Source: Candidatus Spongiisociaceae bacterium
Lineage (GTDB): Bacteria > Actinomycetota > Acidimicrobiia > Spongiisociales > Spongiisociaceae
Direction: 5' to 3'
Length of the DNA stretch: 64,000 nucleotides
Assembly: GCA_965202665.1 (NCBI GenBank)
Contig: OZ241841.1
Location: forward strand, 1,088,001-1,152,000
In this document: one piece after another, positions 56,201 to 64,000 of the stretch
Numbering within the stretch: the first letter of the stretch is position 1
How the letters are laid out: each line of letters opens with the position of its first letter
Made by a program: the position numbers and the translations under genes
Notes under the pieces: model-generated
The model's input: the letters and a program-made list of their open reading frames with translations, nothing else
Database searches by the model: none
What the model was told of the DNA's origin: nothing

Positions 56201-59200
56201 TCGGCCGTCCCGCTGACGGAGAGGGTGATGGCCGAGTCGTCGTCGGCGATGCCCAAAGACCGGTCCAGCACCGGCAACGACTGGCTGTTGATGGTCACCT
56301 GCCCGCCCCGGAACAGGATAGTTTCGTCTTCCGCCCCTTCCGCTATCCGGTCGTTGTTCACCGTCACGGTGACCAGGGCGGAGGCGGTGGTCTGCCCAGC
56401 GGGGATTCGGACGCCCAAAGCGTGCCCGGTGGGGGTTCCCTGGGGCTTGGCCGGGTAGGACACCCGGAAGTCTTCGGTGGCTCCGAAGGGGGCGCCGCCG
56501 GCGTCCAACACGGCCGTCCCCCCAATCGCGTTCAACCCGACCACCAGGGCGGAAGTGGGGGCCACCGGCACGGTGACGTGGACCCGCACCTGCGTGGATC
56601 CGCTGTTTTCCGCCAGGCTGGTCAAAATGTTTCCTCCGGTGTCCCGCAAGACCACGACCACTCCCCCGTCCAAAATGTCCATCGGGGTTTCGGTTTGCCG
56701 CGACACCCCGTTCACGGTGGCCGACCCGGTCAGTTTCGCCCTCTCGATTCCTTCGTTCAGGCTGTCGTCCCAGGCGGTCAGCTTGAAAGTCCCCGTGTTG
56801 CTGACGGAACCGGCCGCGATGCTTATCGTGATCCGGTCGTTGGTCTGGTCGGTGTCGAAGTCGCCGACGCGCGGCGGCCCGGCCGATCCCAAAACGGCCG
56901 CTCCGGTTCCGTCCCCGCTGGCGACTTGCACGGTAACCGTAACAGCCGAGGTCAGAACGGAGGAGGTGGCGTCGAAAGCGGCTGTGACCGTAATGTCATG
57001 GGCGTCGGCCGATTCCTGCACCGCCGCCGGACTGATGCTGAGTTTGATGTCCGTGTCGTCGTCGTTGATGGTAAGGGTGTCGGAGGTTACCGTCCCGGCC
57101 GCCGCCGCACCGGTGCTGGTGCCGGTGATCAGGAAAGTTTCGGAGTTTTCAGCGATTTGGTCGTCGTTCAAAGTCAAACCGGTGAGGATGGAGGCGGAAC
57201 CGGTCAGATTGGCGGCCCCGATGGGGATGGTCACGTTCACCGGCGTGGCCGGGGCGCGGAAGTCGGTGCCCGACCCCACCGCCGAAGCCGTGGACAGTTC
57301 GGCGGCGGTGACCCGCACCACCAGCGGTTCGGCCAGGTCGTTGGCGGTGGCGGAGGTGAATCGGGCCCGCACCCGCACCACCGGCGACTGGTCTTCCGCC
57401 ACGCCTTTCTGATCGCCGCTTTCATCGTTGTCGGTGTCGGCTATCAACGTGACGTCCAGGTCGGAGTCGTCGACGATGGGCAGTTTGAAGCCGGGCGCTT
57501 CCAGCCCGCCGGTGACGGTCCCGGTTACGTTGATGGTTTCGGTTCCTTCGGCGCGGGTGTCGTTGGTGATGGCCAGAGTGGTCAGGGCGACCGACGATGT
57601 GGGGCTGACGGAGTTGGCCGCGATGGTGAGGGTTATCGCCGTGTTGGGGGCGGTGAAATCGGCCGCTTCGGCGGTGGCCCCGTCGCCGGTTCCGAAAGCG
57701 AGCGTAATCACCGTGGCGGTGCTGATCTCCGAGGTGACGGCGGTGGAGGCGAAAGCGGCCCTGACCGAAGCGTCCCCGGCGTTGCCGTCCGCTTCTTCGG
57801 CCGTCCCGGTCAAGGTGAGGGTGATCCGGGAGTCGTCGTCGGTGATGGTGAGGGTGGTTTCGTCCAACTTGTAAGAGTCGGTGACCGTCCCGCCCACCAG
57901 CACGGTTTCCGGCAATTCGGCGATCGTATCCTGCGTGAACGCATAGCCGGTCAGGGCCGCCGTGTTGCTGGACACCGACCCGGCTGGAATGGTGAAGGTG
58001 ATGGAACTGCCGGGAGAGGTCAAGTCCGCGGCTTCGGCGGTGGCGTCCCCGTCGGTTCTGATGTTCAAAGTGACGGTTACCGGCGAAGTCAGATCCGATT
58101 CGGCGCCGGCGAAGCTGGCCCGGGCCTGCACCGACCCCAGGCTGTCGCCTTCGGTCCCGCCGTCGTAGGGCGACCCGGACAAGGTGAGCGTCCAGGAAAT
58201 GACATGGTCGTCGTCGACGATCGAGAAACTGACCGGGTCGATGTCGGGGAAACCGTCGGGGGGATTCCCGTCGATGACCAAACCTTCCTCGTTCTTTTCC
58301 CCTCCGGCCCCGGCGTCCACCCGGTCGTCGTCGGTGATGGTGAGCGCAAACGACTGGGCCCCGCTGGTGATGGCTTGGGCGGGGATGGAAACGGTGGTGT
58401 CAGTGTAGCTGTAGTCATCCAGATCGGCCCCATTGGAGGCGGCGGAGGCCACCGTAACGGCCACCGCGGCGGCGCTGCTGATGGTGGAGGAAGTAACCGA
58501 GGTTCCGTATTTGGCGGTAACGGTAAAGGTCGCATTGGCGTTTTCCGCTACTTCGGTGGAGCTCAAAACCAGGATTATCTTGGAGTCGGGATCGGCGATT
58601 TCCAGGTCGGCGTTGGGGACGGAGAACCCGGCGGAGCTCCCGGTGAAGCGGACGGTCTCCCTACCTTCCGCAATGTTGTCGGAGTTGGTGGTGATGTTCA
58701 CGTCGGTGGCGGCGGCGCTCAGCTGCCCGGCTTGGATGACGGCGCTTACCGAAGAAGCCGACCGGGTGTAGTCGGCGGCGGCCCCCAGGCCGGCCGTCCC
58801 TCCCGAAGCCCCCACCGTCACCGCCACCGTGGTGTTGGCGGTGAGGGAGGAGGAGGAGGCGTCGAGCGTTGCCCGCACCCGCACCGCCTGCACGGTCTGC
58901 GATCCGTCGGCTTCGCTGAGTTCGGCGAGGGCGTTGTCGGAGGAGTCGGTGAAAGTCAACGTCACGCCCCGGTCTTGGTCCATGATGGTAACGGTCGCCG
59001 GGTCCACTTGGAATCCGCTCAAAGTTCCGGCCACGCCCAACGTTTCGTGGTCTTCGGCCTCGTCGTCGTCCGTGGTGGACAAATCGAAGGTGGCGGTTCC
59101 GGTGGTGGCCCCGCCGACGATTTCCACTCGGAACGGCGAGGTGGCGGGGTTGGCGCTGTAGTCGGCGGGTTCCGCCGTGTAATCCCCGTCGTCTTTCACT

Positions 59201-62200
59201 TCCAAGGCGACGGTGCGTCCGCCGGCGGGGGCGGCTTCCCCGATGGTGGCGGTGACGGTAACGGTGACGGCGGCGGTGTTGGTGACGGTTCTTTCATCCA
59301 CTGAAGCGTTGTCTACGGTCAGATCCACGTCATCATCCACGATGGTTATCGCGGTGGCCGTTATGTTGGAGAACCGGACCGAAGTCCCGGACGCGGCCAG
59401 GGTTTCGTTGGGTTCCACCGTCCGGTCGTCGGCGACTTTCAGCCGCAGGGTGACCGTGTCGGAGGTGAGTTCCCCGTCGTCGAAAGTGATGTCCACGCCG
59501 CTCAACGGGTCTCCGGAGGCGTCCACCAGCTGGAAGTCATCACCGGTCCCGCCGCCCAGGTCGGCCTTGTTGGCGTCGGCGGTTTCTGAAAAGGCCAAAG
59601 TGATGGTTCCCCCGCTCGCCGTCCGCGGCTTGTCGGGCAGGGTGGCGGTCACTTCCACTTCGATGACGCCGTCCGCTTCCGCCACGTCGGTCTGATTGCC
59701 GACCGTCCCGGTGTCGGTGTCCACCACCAGGGTGACCGGGATGTCGTCGTCGAAGACAGTAAGTCGGCCTCTGTTGATGGTGAAGTCGACGGTCTGCGTT
59801 CCCGCCACGGTCCCTTCCAGGGTCAGGTATTCGTCTGCTTCCGCGACTTCATCGTTGTTGAAAGACAGGTTGGTCAGGCTGACGGTGGCGCTGTTGTCGC
59901 CGGCGGGTATCGTCACGCGCACCGGGTTGTTTTCGGTGTCGACCGAGTCGGAGAAGTCCCCGGCGCTCCCGTTGGTTCCGTCCCATTTGCCGTCGGCGGT
60001 CCCCGCGAATATGTAAACGTCCAGTTCGGTGTCGGCGCCGAGGACGGAGGTCCCCGGGTAGGAGGCCTTCACTTTGACGGGCACCGCCGACCCGACGTTT
60101 TCCCGCACCGACTCCAAAGGCTGGTCGTTTTCGTCGAGCAGGGTCAGGTTGATTTCCGACACCCGGTCGTTGTCGATGATGTTGAGCGTGGCCGGCATGA
60201 TGGTGAATTTGGGGGTGGCGTCGTCGGGGAGGGTGGAGTAAACGGTAAGGGTCTCCAAAGGTTCGTTGGCTTCCGTATCGTCCATCACTTCCAAACGGAA
60301 GGTAGCGGAGCCGCGGGTTTGCCCGGAGGGGATGGTAACGGTCAGGTCGCCGGTGACCGGATCGCCGTCTCCGTCCACAATCTGGAAGTCGGTTCCTTTG
60401 ACGGCGGTGTCGCCGGGGACGGTGATAGTCGCCTGGAGCCCGTTCGGCCCGATAATGGGCTGTCCGTTGGGGAGGGTGAGCCCCACGGAGCTGGCCGCCC
60501 GGCCGCCCAAACCGAAGGTGAGGACGGTGTTTTTGGAGCGGGCGGCCCCCGGGCCGAAGGTGGCGGTCACCGTGTATTCGGTCACCTCGTCCCCTTCCCG
60601 CACCATCCCCGTAAACAGCCTGGCCGCCGCCGTCCCGGACGCCCCCTCCGCCCCGGCGGACGGAGCGGGCAACACTTGCAGGGCCACGAAGGCGGGCGGC
60701 TCATCGTTGTCGGTGATGGTCAAAGCGGCGTGGGACACTGTGAATTCCCGCTTGGGGAATGCCGGATAGGGCTTGTGGTAGGGGGCTATCGCCTGCCCGG
60801 TCAAAGTGACGGTTTCCGCTTCTTCGCTCAAAAGATCATCGGTCAAACTGATATCAAACGAGCCTTCGCCCGATGATTTCCCGGCCGGGATGGTTACCAG
60901 CACGGTGGCCGGGGCCGTGTAATCCCCCGGCCCCGCCTCGTCGTCCGCATTTTCAGCCGCCCCGCCGATCCGCACCGACACTTTGGTGTCCACCGGGCGC
61001 ACCGGCGACCCCGCCGGGAAGGCGGCCCGCACCGTAACCGAACTGGTTCCGGTTCCTTCCCGCAACCCGCCCGAAGGCACGCTCAGGGCGATCCGGTTGG
61101 GCGCCACGTCGTTGTCGAATATCACCACCTGCGACTGCGGCCCGGCGGTAACCGTAAGATCTTCCCCTCCGATGGGCGACGTAGCCGAACCCGACAGTCG
61201 CACCGCGTCCAACGTGGTGGTTACCCCTTCGGCCACGTTGTCGTCCACCATCACCAAACCGAACCGAACCGAACCGCTGGCCGCGTCCGCCGGAACCGTC
61301 AGCCGCAAATCCTGCGCCGCCACCGGTTCAAAGTCGGGACCTCCCACTTCGGTACCGCTCAGAGCCAACTGAATAACCGCGTCCTCCCCTAACCGGATCG
61401 CGCCTTTCGCCCGGGCGGTCACCGTAACCCACTGCTTGCCCGTCGCCCCTTCCGCTACCAACCGCGGGGAAACCGACAGGTCGTAGGAGGGCAAAACGGA
61501 GTCGTTGTCGGTGATGTAGATAACCGCCGGGGACACCTCGCGACCGGAGGTGGAACCCACTATCTGCAGATTCTCCGTCCTTTCCACGATCTCATCGTCC
61601 GCCAGCGACACCCGAATCGTTCCCGTCGCGCTGCGCGTGCCGCCCGGAATGGTGAGCGTAAGCGCCGTGTCGCGGGTGTTCAGCACCACGCTTTGCACCG
61701 CGTAATCACCCGCCGTGGCCGCCGGGGAAACCGCCCCGTTCCGCACCCGCAACTTCCCGTCCGAGCCGCCCAAGATGATTTCCGTGTCGGCGGCCGGCAA
61801 ATCCGCATCCGCCACCGAGGCCGGGAAAGCCGCCCGCACATTCAAGGTCAAAGGCGACGCCGACCCTTCCGCCAACTCCATTTCCTGCACAAACAAGTCG
61901 GAGCCAATCGTCAAAACAATCGCCGCCGGTTCCGTATCCTGAATGGTCACCATATACGGCCGAACCTCAAACCCGTCGGCGACGCCTTTGAGGATGAACG
62001 TTTCATCCCCTTCCGCTACCGTATCTTCGGTCACGTCAAAATCAGCCGTGGCCGGTTGCGCCTCATTCACATTCGCAGTACTCGGATCGTCAGCCACCGC
62101 CGGACCGAGCCGGGCCAGCACCGCCGTCTCTCCCGCTGGGATCACCACCTGTCCCGCCGTCAACGGCCCGGTCCCGTCCGGGTCCGAGAAGGTCAGGCTG

Positions 62201-64000
62201 TAATCAGAAGAGCCCGCCGAACCGTTCTCCGCCGACAAGGTAACCACCGTATCCGCCAACCGAGCTCCCGAACCCGCCGGGAAGCCCACCGCCACATTCA
62301 AAACCTGGTCGGAGCCGGCGCTCTCGCTCACCACCCCCGGCCCCGAATCCGACCCGCCCAGCTCGGCAACCAGAGTTATTACATCCGCAACCGAGTCGTC
62401 GTCGACGATCCGCAATTTGGCCACCGGGTCGGAACCGCCCAACAGCGTACGCGTCGCCCTCAACACATTTTCCGCCGCCTCGTCCGCCGCCTCGTCCGCA
62501 TTCTCCGTATCGGCCTCGCATCCCGTCAGAACAAGCCTTACGACCTGAATGTTCGAATCAATACTGACCAACCGGTTCGAGGTTCCGGGACAACGCGCAA
62601 ACGCCCTGAACACAATGTCCTCCCCCGCGCCCTCGTCCAAATTGTCCTCCACCACTTCCAAGTCGAAGACGGCCGAGGCGCTACTGGAACCGGCCGGTAT
62701 GGTCACCGACTTGCTATCCTCGGGAGGGGGCGGGTCGTTGGCCGGAATCACCAACTGCGTCGAGGCCCCCAAATGGGTACCGATGGTGAAAACCTCCGCC
62801 CCCTCATGCACCGCGTCGTCGGTCACCCGCAACCGCAAAATAACGGTTATGCCGGAGGAACCACTCGGAGCATAAGCGCTGAACCGTCCGTTGGTGATCG
62901 TCAATGGACTATTAAAATGCGCCGAAACCAACTCATAATCCGTCCCCGCCACCGCCGAATCCCCCGCCGCCCCCACCGACACCGTAACCGTCGTACCGCC
63001 TCCACCGGCCCCCGACGGGAAAGACAATTGCAACCGAACATCTACCTCTGAACCCTCCGTCACCTCTGACCTATCTACCGACGCGTGGAGGTTATTACCC
63101 GGTATGGTTACCGGTTCGTCGTCCTCCAACTGCGCAGTCCCCGAAACTCGGAAGTCGTGATAAGCGTTGGCCAGGCCAGCCGCCGACAAGCGGGCTTCCT
63201 CCACGTCGCTCTTATTGTTCACCACCTGCAACAGCAACGGAATGTCCTCGGAGAAGGTGCCAGCGGAGCCGTCGGGGGCTACCAGCCGGGCGGTCGCCCG
63301 CACCGTATGCGACCCGTCGTCCTCCGCTAGGCTGGTTTTATCCAATTCCAGTTGCACGACGGGGGCCGGGTCGTCGTCGATGATTTCCAAGATGGCCCCC
63401 TCCGTCGTCCAACCTTGCAGGTCGGTCCCCACCCGCAACCATTCACTCCCCGACGGCCCAAACAGGATTGCGGACTCAGTGATCGTATCGCCCACAATCG
63501 GCAAATCGAACACCGTCTTCCCGCTCAACTCACCCGCCGGAATGACCACCGTCACCTCCGACCCCCCGTCCACATGGGAGGGGTCCGGCCCTTGGTAGGT
63601 CACACCCTCCGGAATGACCACCGGCGCTCCCGCTCCCACCGGTTTCGGCGAAATCTGAACCGGCGTCCCGTAATCCGTCCCCGACGAAGCCCACCCCGGC
63701 AACACGTTCCCGTCGTCGTCCACATTCGACGACAAAAGCAAGGGAACCGCCAAATCCGCGGCCAAAACGGTGTCCTCCAGCTCAGATGAAAGAGGCGTAC
63801 CCGCTATAGCGGCGGTGACCGTTACCCGCGCCGTATAACCGGCATCGCCTTCCACCACCCGCAACGGCGACAAGGTGAAGTCCAGAACTGTCGGAACCTG
63901 ATCAGACAAATCCCAAATCTCCAGCTCCGTCCCCTCCGTGCTAATGGAAGGATCGGTTCCCTGTTCTTTAGTAACCACCCCGGTGATGGACAGCGATTCG
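53275..64000 (-). CDS. Giant Calx-beta-type repeat surface protein with a Pro/Thr linker and C-terminal SLH domains (5' end outside the window)
   Basis: More than 3567 aa. Many units of about 120-140 aa with 'V.E...V.V.A', 'TA...D(Y/F)', 'TIPAG', 'DD..AE..E', 'I.D.D'. PTAPTG linker. SLH repeats 'GITRGC..FCP...ITRRQM', 'VTRADM', 'VTRAQMASF'. Confidence 0.9.
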   Translation of the reverse strand, partial: ESLSITGVVTKEQGTDPSISTEGTELEIWDLSDQVPTVLDFTLSPLRVVEGDAGYTARVTVTAAIAGTPLSSELEDTVLAADLAVPLLLSSNVDDDGNVLPGWASSGTDYGTPVQISPKPVGAGAPVVIPEGVTYQGPDPSHVDGGSEVTVVIPAGELSGKTVFDLPIVGDTITESAILFGPSGSEWLRVGTDLQGWTTEGAILEIIDDDPAPVVQLELDKTSLAEDDGSHTVRATARLVAPDGSAGTFSEDIPLLLQVVNNKSDVEEARLSAAGLANAYHDFRVSGTAQLEDDEPVTIPGNNLHASVDRSEVTEGSEVDVRLQLSFPSGAGGGGTTVTVSVGAAGDSAVAGTDYELVSAHFNSPLTITNGRFSAYAPSGSSGITVILRLRVTDDAVHEGAEVFTIGTHLGASTQLVIPANDPPPPEDSKSVTIPAGSSSASAVFDLEVVEDNLDEGAGEDIVFRAFARCPGTSNRLVSIDSNIQVVRLVLTGCEADTENADEAADEAAENVLRATRTLLGGSDPVAKLRIVDDDSVADVITLVAELGGSDSGPGVVSESAGSDQVLNVAVGFPAGSGARLADTVVTLSAENGSAGSSDYSLTFSDPDGTGPLTAGQVVIPAGETAVLARLGPAVADDPSTANVNEAQPATADFDVTEDTVAEGDETFILKGVADGFEVRPYMVTIQDTEPAAIVLTIGSDLFVQEMELAEGSASPLTLNVRAAFPASVADADLPAADTEIILGGSDGKLRVRNGAVSPAATAGDYAVQSVVLNTRDTALTLTIPGGTRSATGTIRVSLADDEIVERTENLQIVGSTSGREVSPAVIYITDNDSVLPSYDLSVSPRLVAEGATGKQWVTVTARAKGAIRLGEDAVIQLALSGTEVGGPDFEPVAAQDLRLTVPADAASGSVRFGLVMVDDNVAEGVTTTLDAVRLSGSATSPIGGEDLTVTAGPQSQVVIFDNDVAPNRIALSVPSGGLREGTGTSSVTVRAAFPAGSPVRPVDTKVSVRIGGAAENADDEAGPGDYTAPATVLVTIPAGKSSGEGSFDISLTDDLLSEEAETVTLTGQAIAPYHKPYPAFPKREFTVSHAALTITDNDEPPAFVALQVLPAPSAGAEGASGTAAARLFTGMVREGDEVTEYTVTATFGPGAARSKNTVLTFGLGGRAASSVGLTLPNGQPIIGPNGLQATITVPGDTAVKGTDFQIVDGDGDPVTGDLTVTIPSGQTRGSATFRLEVMDDTEANEPLETLTVYSTLPDDATPKFTIMPATLNIIDNDRVSEINLTLLDENDQPLESVRENVGSAVPVKVKASYPGTSVLGADTELDVYIFAGTADGKWDGTNGSAGDFSDSVDTENNPVRVTIPAGDNSATVSLTNLSFNNDEVAEADEYLTLEGTVAGTQTVDFTINRGRLTVFDDDIPVTLVVDTDTGTVGNQTDVAEADGVIEVEVTATLPDKPRTASGGTITLAFSETADANKADLGGGTGDDFQLVDASGDPLSGVDITFDDGELTSDTVTLRLKVADDRTVEPNETLAASGTSVRFSNITATAITIVDDDVDLTVDNASVDERTVTNTAAVTVTVTATIGEAAPAGGRTVALEVKDDGDYTAEPADYSANPATSPFRVEIVGGATTGTATFDLSTTDDDEAEDHETLGVAGTLSGFQVDPATVTIMDQDRGVTLTFTDSSDNALAELSEADGSQTVQAVRVRATLDASSSSLTANTTVAVTVGASGGTAGLGAAADYTRSASSVSAVIQAGQLSAAATDVNITTNSDNIAEGRETVRFTGSSAGFSVPNADLEIADPDSKIILVLSSTEVAENANATFTVTAKYGTSVTSSTISSAAAVAVTVASAASNGADLDDYSYTDTTVSIPAQAITSGAQSFALTITDDDRVDAGAGGEKNEEGLVIDGNPPDGFPDIDPVSFSIVDDDHVISWTLTLSGSPYDGGTEGDSLGSVQARASFAGAESDLTSPVTVTLNIRTDGDATAEAADLTSPGSSITFTIPAGSVSSNTAALTGYAFTQDTIAELPETVLVGGTVTDSYKLDETTLTITDDDSRITLTLTGTAEEADGNAGDASVRAAFASTAVTSEISTATVITLAFGTGDGATAEAADFTAPNTAITLTIAANSVSPTSSVALTTLAITNDTRAEGTETINVTGTVTGGLEAPGFKLPIVDDSDLDVTLIADTDNDESGDQKGVAEDQSPVVRVRARFTSATANDLAEPLVVRVTAAELSTASAVGSGTDFRAPATPVNVTIPIGAANLTGSASILTGLTLNDDQIAENSETFLITGTSTGAAAAGTVTSDTLTINDDDTDIKLSISPAAVQESADAHDITVTAAFDATSSVLTSAVTVTVQVASGDGTGAAVLGSAGPPRVGDFDTDQTNDRITISIAAGSVSNTGTFKLTAWDDSLNEGIERAKLTGSATVNGVSRQTETPMDILDGGVVVVLRDTGGNILTSLAENSGSTQVRVHVTVPVAPTSALVVGLNAIGGTAVLDAGGAPFGATEDFRVSYPAKPQGTPTGHALGVRIPAGQTTASALVTVTVNNDRIAEGAEDETILFRGGQVTINSQSLPVLDRSLGIADDDSAITLSVSGTAEEADGNAGDASITARFAGTSSVIAANTVVSLTYSVASSQATAQAADFTAPGTAITVTIPAGSTSSSGVALTNLTITNDAAAEETEKVQVGGTAAGLDVTGVLLSIADDDAQVVLSIPSNTSVSEGGNGSGVMVSAAYKSGTTSSQITSDLMITLSAADGTATLSSGDFRYSPSTPNRVTIPAGTTSSATAGTLAGLSVNHDTVSEGQETLSVGGSSPLGSATAVSLPVTDADGDIELSLSPGTVVERAAAHTITVTARYTGDTRVTRSTRTSATAVAVTVASGDGTDAASLGSGSADDFTANPTSLTVNIAAGQISGTGTFQVTAPMDGRDEGTEKAKVSGTATVDGSSRSDSVDLSLTDRAIINLSVDTDVSTGGIQSTISEGAGSARLRIQAAIPNDAVLPTSGVTVNLTVTTHYTTAGGDAVTANGTINIPAGSRTGTTDVLVSVRDDNVFGEGGGTWTISGTATDMAVVNATVTVTDDDTAPTRIELTVDPANGVMENVGTAPQTIGVKANFPAGSAVLTTATTVTVMVVSSGGNTSATVGTDFDSLTVPSPFTVTIPARERESTTAGTFTVVIRDDADRESIERIAVTGTAGGFTVTPTSLRIVDDDAVPELSIGNQTVQENAGRVTISVRLTGIPDSGFTARASTVNGTATAGNDYQAVTNQALNFVGTEGETQTFTVVIINDRNVEENESFGIRLTVPESSGVTVNSRGGTITITDNDTPSPPTGTRVITPPPSRPTAPTGPPAPTAPTGPTAPTGPTAPTGPAEPTAPGEPVAPTEPETWEGTFRDDEGSVHEDNIEVIAEEGITRGCDDRSNFCPGQSITRRQMSAFLYRAVVERSGAPAPPPSGVEFTDVPAGAWYSQYADWVTSIGAFSAPNGMFNPGGVVTRADMAVMLIAAFSHLQSVDEAENLFTDVSGLSEDVVRAIEGLYQAEITLGCSTDPLRYCPNEPVTRAQMASFFVRALNSAPS

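Noticed and set aside
56074-59304. 1076-aa plus-strand ORF and other long ORFs opposite the giant gene
   Set aside because: Antisense shadows of the Calx-beta protein with no recognisable domains.

Overview
This is a high-GC chromosomal window with actinobacterial markers (PAC2 chaperone, bS22-type ribosomal peptide, many TAnnnT leaderless starts). SLH/FG-GAP/Calx-beta surface proteins suggest an Acidimicrobiia-like, possibly host-associated organism, which is an inference. Layout: (1) 1-10.1 kb, housekeeping genes (beta-hydroxyacid dehydrogenase, purB, suhB-like, M3 peptidase, Cu-type P1B ATPase, PAC2, bS22) plus an inserted single-ORF MNT-HEPN fusion. (2) 10.2-24.2 kb, four paralogous SLH surface proteins in two convergent pairs, two of them with C-terminal FG-GAP propellers, and a type II-like C5 methyltransferase/endonuclease pair in the middle. 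(3) 24.4-30.9 kb, CoA transferase, ferritin, DUF4437-like protein, YihU-type sulfolactaldehyde reductase, FGE-family protein and nucleoside phosphorylase. (4) 30.9-34.7 kb, an accessory patch with an intact IS481 (TIRs plus CCTAGA duplication) splitting an orphan gene, an IS481 relic and a heptad-repeat gene. (5) 34.8-49.3 kb, a candidate modified-nucleoside catabolic cluster (MTA/SAH-deaminase-like enzyme, cupin, two SDRs, aldolase-SDR fusion, aldehyde dehydrogenase, MtnA, BMP-type ABC transporter). (6) 49.4-53.2 kb, an accessory patch with a duplicated small gene, an ISL3 relic, an AT-rich Schlafen/AlbA_2 gene, a heptad-repeat gene and a paralog pair. (7) 53.3-64 kb, a giant Calx-beta/SLH surface protein that runs off the window. 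I saw no rRNA, tRNA or CRISPR array. All calls come from reading motifs by eye; no database search was run.
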